From contig JBEKTH010000005.1 of the NCBI GenBank assembly GCA_049516255.1, forward strand, positions 7,798-71,797: DNA of 64,000 bases, given 5' to 3'. Positions 1-10,272 of this stretch are shown piece after piece. The notes under the pieces are model-generated. The model had not been told where the DNA came from, did not search any database, and was given only the letters and a program-made list of their open reading frames with translations. This DNA is from Verrucomicrobiota bacterium. GTDB lineage: Bacteria > Verrucomicrobiota > Verrucomicrobiia > Limisphaerales > UBA11358. Within the stretch, counting starts at the first letter, position 1; the number at the start of each line of letters is the position of its first letter. Both the position numbers and the translations under genes were made by a program.

Positions 1-921
1 TTCCGGTGTACGGATGCCGGCCACGACGTCTTCGCCCTGCGCGTTGATGAGAAATTCGCCGTAGAAAACCTTTTCACCAGTCGCCGGGTCGCGGGTGAAG
101 GCCACGCCGGAACCGGAATTTTCGCCGGTATTGCCATAAACCATGGCCTGGACGTTGACGGCGGTGCCCCATTCGGCGGGAATGCCGTATTTGCGGCGAT
201 AGACAATGGCGCGGTCGTTCATCCACGAGCCGAACACGGCGCCAATGGAACCCCAGAGCTGCTTCCACGGGTCCTGCGGAAATTCGCTGTTGGTGCGCTC
301 CTTGATCAGCGCCTTGAACCGTTTTACCAGTTCCTTCAAATCGGATACGGTTAGCTTGGTGTCCTCGATTTCGGTTTTGTAACGGTCATGCTTGAGTTTG
401 TGGATGACCACTTCGAAAGGCTCGTGATCTTCGTTGGCGCTCTTCTGCACGCCCATGACCACGTCGCCGTACATCTGGATGAACCGGCGGTAACAATCCC
501 AGGCAAACCGCTCGTTCTTGGTGGCCTTGACCAGCGCGAGCACCGTTTCGTCGTTGAGACCGAGGTTCAAAATCGTGTCCATCATGCCGGGCATGGAGTC
601 GCGGGCGCCGGAACGGACCGAAACCAGCAGCGGCATGGCGGTCTGGTCGCCGAATTTCGTGCCCATGATTTTTTCGATCTGGGCGACACCGGCCTCGACC
701 ATCGGTGTCAGCGCCTTGGGATAGGTTTGTTTGTTGGCGTAATAATAAGTGCAGACCTCGGTGGTGATGGTGAAGCCCGGAGGCACGGGCAGGCCGATGC
801 GGGCCATTTCGGCGAGATTCGCCCCCTTTCCGCCCAGCAATGGCTTCATGCCGCCGTTCCCGTCGGCCGTCTTGTTCCCGAATTGATATACGTATTTTGA
901 GGTCTTCGATGCTTTAGCCAT
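1..921 (-). CDS. ppdK: Pyruvate, phosphate dikinase, N-terminal portion (rest of gene lies beyond the left window edge)
   Basis: Open to the window edge, so absent from the ORF track. Hand translation of the reverse strand from the ATG (complement of 919-921) gives [57 protein letters not shown], the conserved PPDK N-terminal signature. Confidence 0.85.
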   Translation of the reverse strand, partial: MAKASKTSKYVYQFGNKTADGNGGMKPLLGGKGANLAEMARIGLPVPPGFTITTEVCTYYYANKQTYPKALTPMVEAGVAQIEKIMGTKFGDQTAMPLLVSVRSGARDSMPGMMDTILNLGLNDETVLALVKATKNERFAWDCYRRFIQMYGDVVMGVQKSANEDHEPFEVVIHKLKHDRYKTEIEDTKLTVSDLKELVKRFKALIKERTNSEFPQDPWKQLWGSIGAVFGSWMNDRAIVYRRKYGIPAEWGTAVNVQAMVYGNTGENSGSGVAFTRDPATGEKVFYGEFLINAQGEDVVAGIRTPE

Positions 922-1313
922 AAATTTTCAATTGGTCGTTTGTGTGATTTTCACTGGCGAAATAAAAAACCAAATCTCGCTTACTGAATTAAGTTTTGCA
1001 CATCCGCCGGACGGCTCTCCACATATCTTGGCAATACCTTCACTTTTTCTGACGGTGCCCAGTGATGTCGCCCCTTGCCCGTCGACCGCCGGTTGGGGTC
1101 GCCGGCCGGCCGCCGATGCCTTGCGGCTTCTGGAAAAACCGGAAGTATATCAGATCGCGGGAAATCCACGACTCTTTTCCACCGGCAAAAAATGTGCACA
1201 CAAAAACAAATTGCGGGAAGAGCCGGTGACCCGCCGGTCTTAAATTAATTTTGATTAAAGTTGTGAGACGATTAAGTAGTTGATTCAATTTACGAAATGG
1301 CAGGTCGGGTTTT

Positions 1314-1835
1314 ATGGTACCAACTCTCTTACACGAAAAACAGAAGGCGGCGGACCGGGTGATGCAGCACGCCAGTGGCGACAAGCGTTTCAAGATCCTT
1401 GAGGTGCACATGAAGAAGCACCAGTTCAAGCAGGACGCATTGATCGAGGTGTTGCACAAGGCGCAGGAATTGTTCGGCTATCTGGAGGACGATCTGCTCC
1501 TCTTCGTTGCCTACAAGCTGAAACTGCCCCCCAGCCGCGTTTATGGCGTTGCGACCTTTTATCATTTCTTCACGCTCAAACCCCAGGGCAAGCACACCTG
1601 TGTCGTCTGCCTCGGCACGGCCTGTTACGTGAAAGGTTCCGCCAAGGTGCTCGCCGCGATTGAAGAACGGGCGAAAATCAAGAACGGCGAGACCACGCCC
1701 GACAACCAGCTTTCCTTGTTGACCGCGCGCTGCATCGGCGCCTGCGGCATTGCGCCGGCGGTGACTTACGATGGCCAGGTGGCGCCCAAGCAAACGCCGC
1801 AAGCCGCCCTCGAACACATCGGAAAATGGATTTGA
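1314..1835 (+). CDS. hoxE: Bidirectional [NiFe] hydrogenase diaphorase subunit HoxE (NuoE-like 2Fe-2S protein)
   Basis: 173-aa ORF with the NuoE/HoxE cysteine pattern (CVVCLGTACYVKG ... CIGACGIAP). It is the first gene of a hoxEFUYH-ordered cluster. An alternative start at Met-17 is possible. Confidence 0.85.
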   Translation: MVPTLLHEKQKAADRVMQHASGDKRFKILEVHMKKHQFKQDALIEVLHKAQELFGYLEDDLLLFVAYKLKLPPSRVYGVATFYHFFTLKPQGKHTCVVCLGTACYVKGSAKVLAAIEERAKIKNGETTPDNQLSLLTARCIGACGIAPAVTYDGQVAPKQTPQAALEHIGKWI

Positions 1836-1838
1836 ATT

Positions 1839-3485
1839 ATGCAACTGGACGATCTCAACGCGATTGCTGAAAAGCACAAAAGTTCCCGCAAGAAAATTTG
1901 TCTGCGCTCCTGCATGTCCGCCGGTTGCATGTCGTCGCAAGCCGACGTCATCAAGAAAAATCTCGAAGCCGAGGTCAAAGCGCAGGGCTTGGAGGCCGAC
2001 GTCGAAGTGCGCCGGGTTGGTTGCATGGGTTTTTGCGGGCAGGGCCCGCTCGTCGGCGTGGACCAGAATGGCAGCCACGGCCTTTGGGAATTTGTGAAGT
2101 CGGAAGACGCGCCGGCCATTGTCGGTGCGCTCAAGGGCAGCCCCTGTAGCGTGCAACGCGGCGATCCCAACCACCCGTTTTTCGCCAAGCAAATGCATAT
2201 CGTGCGCGCGAACGGCGGCATCGTTGATCCGGAACGCATTGAGGATTACATCGCCATCGGCGGTTACAAGGCTCTGCACCACGCGCTCACGGAAATGGAA
2301 CCGGCACAGGTTGTCGAGGAAGTGACGAAGAGCGGTTTGCGCGGCCGCGGCGGCGCGGGCTTTCCGACCGGGCTGAAATGGGGCACGGTTGCCAAATCTC
2401 CCGGTGCAAAAAAATATGTCGTCTGCAACGGCGACGAGGGCGATCCGGGCGCCTTCATGGACCGCAGCGTGCTCGAAAGCGATCCGCATCTCGTGCTCGA
2501 AGGCATGGCGATTGCCGCGTATGCCATCGGCGCGGACCAGGGATTTCTTTATGTCCGCGCGGAATATCCGCTGGCAATTTCACGTCTGCAAACCGCGATC
2601 AAGCAGGCGAAGCAACTGGGCCTGCTGGGCGGCGGAATTTTTGAATCGCCGTTCACGTTTAACGTGGACATCCGCATCGGCGCCGGCGCCTTTGTTTGCG
2701 GCGAGGAAACCGCCCTGATGGCCTCCGTCGAGGGCAAACGCGGCACGCCCCGTCCACGCCCGCCGTTTCCGGCGGAAAGCGGGTTGTGGGGCTGTCCGAC
2801 CTTGATCAACAACGTCGAGACCTTCGCGAACATCACGGCCATCATCAGCCGCGGCGGCGCGTGGTACGCCGGCATCGGCACGGAGAAAAGCAAGGGCACA
2901 AAGGTTTTTGCGCTTACCGGAAAAATCAAAAACAACGGTCTCATTGAAGTGCCGATGGGAATACCGTTGCGCCAGATCGTCGAGGAAATGGGTGGCGGCG
3001 CGTCGGACGGCGGAAAAATCAAGTCCGTTCAGACCGGCGGCCCTTCCGGCGGTTGCATTCCCGCCGAATATCTGGACACGCCGGTGGATTACGAATCGCT
3101 CACCAAACTCGGCTCGATCATGGGTTCGGGCGGCATGGTGGTGATGGATGACAGCACGAACATGGTCGAGATCGCCAAGTTTTACATGGAATTCTGCATG
3201 GACGAATCGTGCGGCAAGTGCATTCCCTGCCGGGCCGGCACGGTGCAGATGTTCCATCTGCTGGAAAAGATTCTCAATCGCCAGGCCACCGCGCGCGACC
3301 TGGCCAAACTCGAGGAGCTTTGCGACATGGTCAAAAACACCAGCCTTTGCGGCCTGGGCCAGACCGCGCCGAACCCGGTCATGAGCACGCTGCGGTTTTT
3401 CCGCAAGGAATACGAGGAACTGCTCCAGCCGGATGAATTTGGTCCGCGCGACAGCGGCGAATTGAAAAAAGAAACGACCCGATAA
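1839..3485 (+). CDS. hoxF: Hydrogenase diaphorase subunit HoxF (NuoF-like, FMN/NAD(H)-binding)
   Basis: 548 aa. N-terminal thioredoxin-like 2Fe-2S domain, GRGGAGFPTGLKW FMN/NADH motif, and C-terminal ESCGKCIPCR 4Fe-4S motif. Confidence 0.9.
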   Translation: MQLDDLNAIAEKHKSSRKKICLRSCMSAGCMSSQADVIKKNLEAEVKAQGLEADVEVRRVGCMGFCGQGPLVGVDQNGSHGLWEFVKSEDAPAIVGALKGSPCSVQRGDPNHPFFAKQMHIVRANGGIVDPERIEDYIAIGGYKALHHALTEMEPAQVVEEVTKSGLRGRGGAGFPTGLKWGTVAKSPGAKKYVVCNGDEGDPGAFMDRSVLESDPHLVLEGMAIAAYAIGADQGFLYVRAEYPLAISRLQTAIKQAKQLGLLGGGIFESPFTFNVDIRIGAGAFVCGEETALMASVEGKRGTPRPRPPFPAESGLWGCPTLINNVETFANITAIISRGGAWYAGIGTEKSKGTKVFALTGKIKNNGLIEVPMGIPLRQIVEEMGGGASDGGKIKSVQTGGPSGGCIPAEYLDTPVDYESLTKLGSIMGSGGMVVMDDSTNMVEIAKFYMEFCMDESCGKCIPCRAGTVQMFHLLEKILNRQATARDLAKLEELCDMVKNTSLCGLGQTAPNPVMSTLRFFRKEYEELLQPDEFGPRDSGELKKETTR

Positions 3486-3489
3486 AATT

Positions 3490-3978
3490 GTGAATGGAAC
3501 ATCAAAAATCGCCGGATTGATTGTAACACTCACCGTGCTTCTAACCGCTTTGAACTTATGCGCAGCCGAAAGCATCATTACTCCGGCAATGGTTGGTCAT
3601 TGGGAAGGAAATGCGCGAATCATCGTTTCCTGGTGTCACCAGACAAACCTCACCGTGGCGGTGGACATCCACGCAGACGGAAGCGTGACGGGAAAAATTG
3701 GCGATGCCACACTCGTCGCGGGTCATTTCCTGTCGCATCGCAGCTGGCCGTGGCGGCACACCATGGTCACGGGCAAACTTGATGGCGCCATCGTGGCTGC
3801 CGAAGGCATTACGCGTTCGTATGTGACGATGATATGCGATTTTAGCAACGGTTCTTTCACAGGGCAAATTGACACCAACGGATCCTTGTGTGTGTTTGCT
3901 TCCGAAAAAACGATGAAAGAGAAAATGGCGCTGACCGCCGTTGGTCTCAAATTGATTCGTTCACAATCCAGCGCTTAA
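3490..3978 (+). CDS. Hypothetical secreted or lipoprotein-like protein inserted between hoxF and hoxU
   Basis: 162-aa ORF with a GTG start and an N-terminal hydrophobic signal (IAGLIVTLTVLLTALNLCAAES). I recognise no family. The segment is visibly more AT-rich than the flanking hox genes. Confidence 0.55.
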   Translation: MNGTSKIAGLIVTLTVLLTALNLCAAESIITPAMVGHWEGNARIIVSWCHQTNLTVAVDIHADGSVTGKIGDATLVAGHFLSHRSWPWRHTMVTGKLDGAIVAAEGITRSYVTMICDFSNGSFTGQIDTNGSLCVFASEKTMKEKMALTAVGLKLIRSQSSA

Positions 3979-3986
3979 AATTCTTT

Positions 3987-4703
3987 ATGGCCGCCAAAAC
4001 TTTAACCATTGATGGAAAACAGGTCAGCGCCGAGGAAGGGGCGACCATTTTGAAAGTCGCCACCGACGCCGGGATCAAAATCCCGACGCTCTGTCACCTT
4101 GAAGGTGTTTATGATGTGGGCGCCTGCCGCCTCTGCCTCGTGGAGGTCACGGGCGTGTCCAAATTGCTGCCCGCCTGCACGACCAAAATCAGCGAAGACA
4201 TGGAAGTCAAGACCGACAGCGAGCGTCTGCGGAAGTATCGCCGCCTGACGCTTGAGTTGCTCTTCGCCGAACGCAACCACGTCTGCGCCGTGTGTGTGGC
4301 CAACGGTCATTGCGAGCTGCAAACGCTCGCCTACAGCCAGGGCATGGAGCACGTGCGTTACGACTATGGTTTCCCGAAATGGAGCGTGGACATGACCCAT
4401 CGGCTGTTCGGCATGGATCACAACCGTTGCATTCTTTGCGCCCGCTGTGTGCGGGTCTGCTGGCATATCGAAGGCGCCGGCACCAAGAATGTCGCCGGCC
4501 GCGGCTCCACCGCCAAAATCATTTCCGATCTCAATCAGCCCTGGGGCGATTCCGAGACCTGCACGGCCTGCGGCAAATGCGTCATGTCCTGTCCGACCGG
4601 CGCGCTGTTCTACAAGGGTTCGACGGTGTCCGAAATGGAACGCGACCGCACCAAACTCGAATTCATCGTCAACGCACGGGAGAAAAAAGAATGGAACGTT
4701 TAA
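3987..4703 (+). CDS. hoxU: Hydrogenase diaphorase Fe-S subunit HoxU (NuoG N-terminal-like)
   Basis: Start moved to ATG 3987 (MAAKTLTIDGK) inside ORF 3888..4703. 2Fe-2S and 4Fe-4S cysteine motifs are present (CRLCLVEV, CILCARCVRVC, CTACGKCVMSCP). Confidence 0.88.
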   Translation: MAAKTLTIDGKQVSAEEGATILKVATDAGIKIPTLCHLEGVYDVGACRLCLVEVTGVSKLLPACTTKISEDMEVKTDSERLRKYRRLTLELLFAERNHVCAVCVANGHCELQTLAYSQGMEHVRYDYGFPKWSVDMTHRLFGMDHNRCILCARCVRVCWHIEGAGTKNVAGRGSTAKIISDLNQPWGDSETCTACGKCVMSCPTGALFYKGSTVSEMERDRTKLEFIVNAREKKEWNV

Positions 4704-5239
4704 AAGTAGCCACGGTCTGGCTGGGCGGCTGTTCCGGCTGTCACATGTCATTCCTCGACCTGGACGAGTTCCTCATCGAACTCGCGGGCAAAATTGATCT
4801 CGTTTACAGCCCGATCATGGACGTGAAGGAATATCCGAAAAATGTGGACGTCTGCCTCATCGAGGGGGCCATTTGCAACGAGGACAACCTCGAAATCCTT
4901 CACCAGATCCGCGCGCGAACGAAAGTGCTGGTCTCCTTTGGCGATTGCGCCGTCACCGGCAACGTGCCCGCCATCCGCAACCAGCTTGGCCTGCGCAACG
5001 ATGAGAATGTGCTCCAGCGCGCCTACATCGACAGCGCGCAGGACAATCCGTGCGTGCCGAAAGCCGATGGTATTGTGCCGGCCCTACTCAAACGCGTGAT
5101 GCCTGTGCATGAGGCGGTCTATGTCGAATACTTTTTACCCGGCTGCCCGCCGCCAGCGGATCGCATCAAGGCGCTGATGGTCCAGGTGTTGGGCGGCGCG
5201 ACGCCGAAACTGGAAGGAACGCAGTTGAAATTTGGCTGA
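4691..5239 (+). CDS. hoxY: [NiFe] hydrogenase small subunit HoxY
   Basis: Start at ATG 4691 (MERLKVATVWLGGCSGCHMSFLD) inside ORF 4292..5239, overlapping the hoxU stop. Carries the GGCSGC, GDCA and PGCPP cluster motifs. Confidence 0.88.
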   Translation: MERLKVATVWLGGCSGCHMSFLDLDEFLIELAGKIDLVYSPIMDVKEYPKNVDVCLIEGAICNEDNLEILHQIRARTKVLVSFGDCAVTGNVPAIRNQLGLRNDENVLQRAYIDSAQDNPCVPKADGIVPALLKRVMPVHEAVYVEYFLPGCPPPADRIKALMVQVLGGATPKLEGTQLKFG

Positions 5240-5296
5240 GGTAGGGCGCGTCACTCCGTGCGCGCCGCCTGCGGGCCGAGAACTGCCCGCCCTACC
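5240..5296. repeat. REP-like 57-nt structured element (outer stem GGTAGGGCG/CGCCCTACC with two internal GC hairpins) in the hoxY-hoxH spacer
   Basis: Hand inspection: 5240-5248 is complementary to 5288-5296. Internal pairs are GGCGCG..CGCGCC and GCGGGC..GCCCGC. Confidence 0.7.
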
Positions 5297-5307
5297 TGAA
5301 AAGATTT

Positions 5308-6732
5308 ATGTCAAAACGCATCGTCATTGACCCCGTGACCCGCATTGAGGGCCACGCCAAGATCAGCATTTTTCTGGACGACGCGGGCAACGTGTCTGAC
5401 GCCGTGTTCCATGTCGTGGAGTTCCGCGGCTTCGAGAAGTTTTGCGAAGGCCGGCCCTACGATGAAATGCCCGGTATCACGCCGCGCATTTGCGGCATCT
5501 GCCCGGTCAGCCATTTGCTGGCCTCGGCCAAGGCCGGCGACGCCATCATGGCTGTCAACATCCCGCCCGCCGCCGACAAGTTGCGCCGGTTGATGAACCT
5601 GGGCCAGATGGTCCAGAGCCATGCGTTGAGCTTCTTCCACCTGAGCGCCCCCGATTTCCTGATGGGCTGGGACACGCCGCCGGCGCAACGCAACGTGTTT
5701 GGTTTGATTGCCTCTAACGCCGACCTTGCCCGCGCCGGCATCCGCCTGCGCCAGTTTGGCCAGGAAATCATCGAAATTCTCGGCGGCAAAAAAATTCATC
5801 CCGCGTGGGCCGTGCCCGGCGGCGTTCGCAACCCGCTGACGAAGGAGGCACGCCGGTGGATCAAGGCGTGGCTGCCGGAGGTTTACACCACCACCAGTGC
5901 CGGCCTGGAGCTGTTCAAGAAAACACTCGAAACGCATCAGCGCGAAATCCGGATTTTCGGGGATTTTCCGTCATTGTTCATGGGCCTCGTAACGCCCGAT
6001 GGCATGTGGGAGCACCATGGTGGGAAACTCCGGTTCACCGACGGCAGCGGCAACATCGTCGCCGACCAACTCGACCCGCAGAAATATTACGAGTTTATCG
6101 GTGAATCCGTCCAAAACTCGTCCTATCTCAAATCACCTTATTACCTGCCGTTGGGCCTGCCGAACGGCATGTATCGGGTCGGCCCGCTGGCGCGGCTGAA
6201 TATTTGCAAACACATGGGCGTGCCCAAAGCCGACGCGGAACTGGAACATTTCAAGAGTTTTGGGCGCGGCGCGGTCACGTCGTCGTTCCTTTACCACTAC
6301 GCGCGGCTTATTGAAATTCTGGCGTCGCTCGAATACATCGAACGTTACCTGGATGACGCGGATTTGTTCAGCGCCGACGTGCGGGCGGAGGCGGGCATCA
6401 ACAGCCGGCGTGGCGTGGGCGTGAGCGAAGCCCCGCGCGGCACGTTATTTCACGATTACACCGTGGACGCCAACGGCCTGCTCCAGAAGGTCAATCTCAT
6501 CGTCGCCACCGGCCAGAACAACCTGGCGATGAACCGGACCGTGGCGCAAATCGCGAAGCATTACGTTCACGGCAAGGATATTCCCGAACCGATGCTCAAC
6601 CGCATCGAACACGGCATCCGCTGTTACGATCCGTGCCTGAGCTGCTCGACGCACGCCGTCGGCCAGATGCCGTTGCTGGTGCGGCTCGTTGCGCCCGATG
6701 GCACCGTGCTCAACGAAGTGGCGCGCGGATAA
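5308..6732 (+). CDS. hoxH: [NiFe] hydrogenase large subunit HoxH (group 3, bidirectional type)
   Basis: 474 aa with the N-terminal [10 protein letters not shown] and C-terminal DPCLSCSTH Ni-Fe ligand motifs, in a hoxEFUY context. Confidence 0.92.
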   Translation: MSKRIVIDPVTRIEGHAKISIFLDDAGNVSDAVFHVVEFRGFEKFCEGRPYDEMPGITPRICGICPVSHLLASAKAGDAIMAVNIPPAADKLRRLMNLGQMVQSHALSFFHLSAPDFLMGWDTPPAQRNVFGLIASNADLARAGIRLRQFGQEIIEILGGKKIHPAWAVPGGVRNPLTKEARRWIKAWLPEVYTTTSAGLELFKKTLETHQREIRIFGDFPSLFMGLVTPDGMWEHHGGKLRFTDGSGNIVADQLDPQKYYEFIGESVQNSSYLKSPYYLPLGLPNGMYRVGPLARLNICKHMGVPKADAELEHFKSFGRGAVTSSFLYHYARLIEILASLEYIERYLDDADLFSADVRAEAGINSRRGVGVSEAPRGTLFHDYTVDANGLLQKVNLIVATGQNNLAMNRTVAQIAKHYVHGKDIPEPMLNRIEHGIRCYDPCLSCSTHAVGQMPLLVRLVAPDGTVLNEVARG

Positions 6733-6739
6733 ATCTGGC

Positions 6740-7157
6740 GTGTCTCCGAACGCGTTCATAAACAAACCGAAGCCGCCGACCGCTACAGAACTGGCAACCG
6801 CCCTTGGCCCGGCAAGCGGTTTGGGATCAATGGCTGACCGAGTTGACCCGGGAATGCCGCGCGGATATCCAGGAGTGGAACAGCTATTCGCCCAAAGCCG
6901 GCTGGTCCCTGCGCGTGAAACGCAAGACGCGGACCATTGTGTGGCTTGCTCCGTGCCTGGGTTGCTTCCGGGTGGCTTTCATTTTCGGAGACAAGGCGAT
7001 GTCGGCGGCGCGGCAAGGCAAATGGCCCAGACGTGTCATCAAAGTGATGGACGAAGCCCCCAAATACCCGGAAGGAACCGGCATTCGGCTGGAGGTAAAA
7101 TCGCCAAGGGAAATTGGGGTGCTGAAGAAACTCGCCGCCATCAAGCTGGCGAACTGA
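6740..7157 (+). pseudogene. DUF3788-like protein gene with an apparent +1 frameshift near 6810-6822
   Basis: From GTG 6740 one frame reads VSPNAFINKPKPPTATELATALGPASG. The family-typical continuation VWDQWLTELTRECRADIQEWNSYSPKAGWSLRVKRKTRTIVWLAPCLGCFRVAFIFGDKA is in the next frame (ORF 6804..7157). This could also be a sequencing error. Confidence 0.6.
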
Positions 7158-7385
7158 GCGGTTATCAGCCGGGGAATACTTCGCGCGGCGACGGTGTCGG
7201 CTCCGCATGGCCGGGGCCATGGGGGATGTGAATCAGTCTGGTATACGCACGCCGTCGGCCGGCAGGGATTCCCCACGCCACCGGTCGTCGAACGCAAGGG
7301 AAGTGGATTAAAAGCCAAATTGCGGGGAGGCAGTTGCCTGGGGCGGGCTGAAACTGTAATCAGGCATGTCCTGCCCGTAGGTGAA

Positions 7386-8902
7386 ATGGAAACGCTCCGA
7401 ATTTGCGAGTCTTGCAAGACAGAGCTTCCTGCGGATTCAACGCAGAGGTTGTGTCCCAGGTGCCTTGCGGGCGGCAGGGCCATCGGGTCGCCGCCCTGCC
7501 CGGACGCCGGTTTTTCTCCCCCGCACCCCGACGCGTTAAGAGGTCTTTTTCCCCAACTCGAAATCCTGGGCCTGCTCGGTCGTGGCGGCATGGGCGCGGT
7601 TTACCAGGCGCGCCAGCGCGGACTCAACCGGCGGGTGGCGCTCAAGATCCTGCCGCCCCGGATTTCCACCGAACCCGCCTTTGCCGAACGGTTCGCCCGC
7701 GAAGCGCAGGCCCTGGCCCGGCTCAGTCATCCGGGCGTGGTCACGGTGATTGATCTCGGGCAATCCGGTTCGCTCTATTACTTTCTCATGGAATTCGTGG
7801 ATGGGGTGAATCTGCGCCAGATGCTGCAGGCCGGTCCGCTGGCGCCACGCGACGCGCTGGGCCTGACACTGCAAATCTGCGAAGCGCTCGAATACGCGCA
7901 CGGCGAGGACATCGTTCATCGCGACATCAAGCCGGAGAACATTTTGGTGGACAAAAAAGGTCACGCCAAGATCGCCGATTTCGGACTGTCCAAACTGCTG
8001 GGGGCGGCCCGGCCGGACGTGCAGTTGACGCTGTCCAACCAGGTCCTAGGCACGATGCACTACATGGCGCCGGAACAAATTGAAAAACCACTTGAGGTGG
8101 ACCAGCGCGCCGACCTCTATTCCCTGGGGTCATGTTCTATGAAATGCTGACCGGCGAATTGCCGCTCGGCCGGTTCGAATTGCCGTCCCGGAAATCCGCG
8201 GTGGACACGCGGGTTGACGACTTGGTGCTCAAAATGTTGGAACGAAATCCCGGACGCCGCTGCCAGCACGCCAGCGAAATCCGGCTGCAACTGGAATCGG
8301 TTGCCGGCGTGGCGTCAAAACTGTCGCCGGAAGTGAGCCGCAAACTCAGTTACGAATACCGCTCACAGGCCACGCTGTTCGGCTGGCCGCTCTTGCATGT
8401 GGCGATGGGCGTGGATCCGGCGACGGGCTGCAAACGGAGTGCAAAGGGAATTATCGCGCTGGGATCCCGGCCAATTGGGGTGATTGCCTTTGGCGACGTG
8501 GCCGTGGGAGTGATTGCCTGTGGTATTTTTGGCTATGGCTTGATTTCCATCTCGGTCGTGGCGGTCGGGGTGTTCGCACTCGGCAGCGCGGCGGCGGGGT
8601 TGTGGCTGGCGATGGGCGGAGTGGCGCTTGCTCCGATCGCCATCGGCGGCGCCGCATTCGGTTATTACGCCAACGGTGCGATGTCGTTTGGAAAACACGC
8701 CATCGGTCCCGGGGTTTATGATCTGGTGGCCGACAAGTTTTTCAATCCATGGGTTGCGAAATACATGCGGTGGGTATTCATCGGGTCCATCGGTTGTATT
8801 CCGCTGTTTCTGGCGCTCGGTTTTATTCCGGCCCTGATGGCGAGAATTTCCGAGAAACGCCGGAGCAAACGCTTTCAGCCGGACAAATCAAAGTCCATTT
8901 AA
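7386..8902 (+). pseudogene. Ser/Thr protein kinase (zinc-ribbon N-terminus, Hanks kinase domain, glycine-rich multi-pass membrane C-terminus) broken by a 1-nt frameshift in a G run at 8126-8129
   Basis: Motifs GRGGMGAVY, HRDIKPENIL and DFGLS are present. Subdomain IX reads DLYSLG then shifts frame. The text continues as (V)MFYEMLTGELPLG in ORF 8132..8902, and a fifth G would restore it. Pseudogene or homopolymer sequencing error. Confidence 0.8.
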
Positions 8903-8903
8903 C

Positions 8904-9794
8904 GTGATCAAATACATCGGGAAAATTATTCTGTGCGCACTGAGCGCGACGGTCGGCACGCTGGTTGGCGGGATGTTCTCGACCGCCCTGCATCTGGAGC
9001 AGCCCAAACTGCCCGCGCCGATGAATTTGCCGTTGCTGGGTGTCCCCTGCCTCGCCGCCGGAATTGTGCTTTCCATCGCGCTGGCGGCGTTGTCGCAACG
9101 GCTTCCGGGAAATCGCGGGGTGCGTTTTGTCACCATCGCCTGGTTTGTGTTCGCCTGGCTGGGAATCAACAACACCATTGAAGCCAGTATCTTCACCACC
9201 GTCGGTGGCGCACCGGCGATCGTGGTGACCATGCTGTTTCCGTGTCTGTTCGTGGCCGGTGCTGTTGTCCTGTTGTTCAGCCGTCGCGAATCCGGAACAC
9301 TGTTTTCCAGGGGCCCCGGCGAATTTGTTGCCGACCGGACCGCCGCCCAGTGGATCATCCGGCTGTCGGCTGCCTGGCTCGCCTTTCCCATTGTGTATTT
9401 TGTCTTCGGCATGCCGGTGGGCCTGATGGTCGGGAAATTTTACCAGGCTCAAGCCTTCGGTCTGCAGATGCCGTCCCTGGGCGTGGTCATCGGCGTGCAA
9501 TGCCTCCGCAGCCTGATCGCCCTGCTGGCGGCAGTGCCGATTCTCATCGTCTGGCCGGGGTCGCGGTCGCGGTTTGCCCGGACGTTCGGCTTGGTCCTGT
9601 TCGTGGTTTCCGGGCTTTATGGGTTGGTCCAGGCTTACTGGATGCCGTGGACCCTGCGCAGCATTCACAGCGTCGAACTCCTCCTGGATTCCCTGGCCTA
9701 TGGGTGGTTGCTCGCCGTATTGTTTCTATCCCGCGCACCGGCGCCGCGCTCTGGGCCGGTTGACCCGGCCACCATTCCAAATTACAACATTTAA
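8904..9794 (+). CDS. Hypothetical multi-pass membrane protein
   Basis: 296-aa ORF with a GTG start 1 nt after the kinase stop. About 8 hydrophobic segments; no family recognised. Confidence 0.6.
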   Translation: MIKYIGKIILCALSATVGTLVGGMFSTALHLEQPKLPAPMNLPLLGVPCLAAGIVLSIALAALSQRLPGNRGVRFVTIAWFVFAWLGINNTIEASIFTTVGGAPAIVVTMLFPCLFVAGAVVLLFSRRESGTLFSRGPGEFVADRTAAQWIIRLSAAWLAFPIVYFVFGMPVGLMVGKFYQAQAFGLQMPSLGVVIGVQCLRSLIALLAAVPILIVWPGSRSRFARTFGLVLFVVSGLYGLVQAYWMPWTLRSIHSVELLLDSLAYGWLLAVLFLSRAPAPRSGPVDPATIPNYNI

Positions 9795-9803
9795 ATTTGT
9801 CCC

Positions 9804-10262
9804 ATGAGCAAACAAGAATCACCACCTGAAATGACCGGACTCCTGGTCATCGGCTACGGCAATCCATTGCGTTGTGACGACGGGGTCGGCCCGAAGGTGG
9901 CCGAAGCGGTGGAAGCGCTTCAACTGCCCGGCGTACGCACGCTCGTCTGCCAGCAGCTTTCGCCCGAACACGCCGAACCGATCTCCCGCGCGCGGGTGGT
10001 GGTGTTTGTGGACGCCGCCATGGACACGCCGACGGAAGTGCAGTTCCGGAAACTTGAACCCGGCGAGACCTCCCAGCTCATGGCCCACGCCGCCGACCCG
10101 CGCACGATGCTGGCCCTGGCGCGGGACGTGTTCGGCCGCGCGCCCGAAGCGTGGTGGCTGACCATTCCCGCCGTGAAACTGGCCTTCGGGACGGACTTTT
10201 CACCCGCCGCCCAGCGCGGTTTCGAAGTGGCCCTGGAAAAAATTCGGGAAATCTGCCGTTGA
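9804..10262 (+). CDS. hoxW: Hydrogenase maturation endopeptidase (HoxW/HycI family)
   Basis: 152 aa with the LLVIGYGNPLRCDDGVGPKV N-terminal motif typical of [NiFe] large-subunit C-terminal proteases. Confidence 0.85.
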   Translation: MSKQESPPEMTGLLVIGYGNPLRCDDGVGPKVAEAVEALQLPGVRTLVCQQLSPEHAEPISRARVVVFVDAAMDTPTEVQFRKLEPGETSQLMAHAADPRTMLALARDVFGRAPEAWWLTIPAVKLAFGTDFSPAAQRGFEVALEKIREICR

Positions 10263-10272
10263 AGTCGGGTCC

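Noticed and set aside
1329-2489. Long antisense or alternate-frame ORFs inside large genes: 1329..2489-, 2580..3578-, 14813..16291-, 20113..21303-, 22071..24026-, 28128..28961-, 39036..40136+, 43125..44243+, 44319..45506+, 47667..48761+, 60796..62550+ and others.
   Set aside because: Each lies opposite or out of frame with a gene that carries unmistakable family motifs. Their translations are Arg/Gly/Ala/Pro-rich low-complexity strings, typical of high-GC shadow ORFs.
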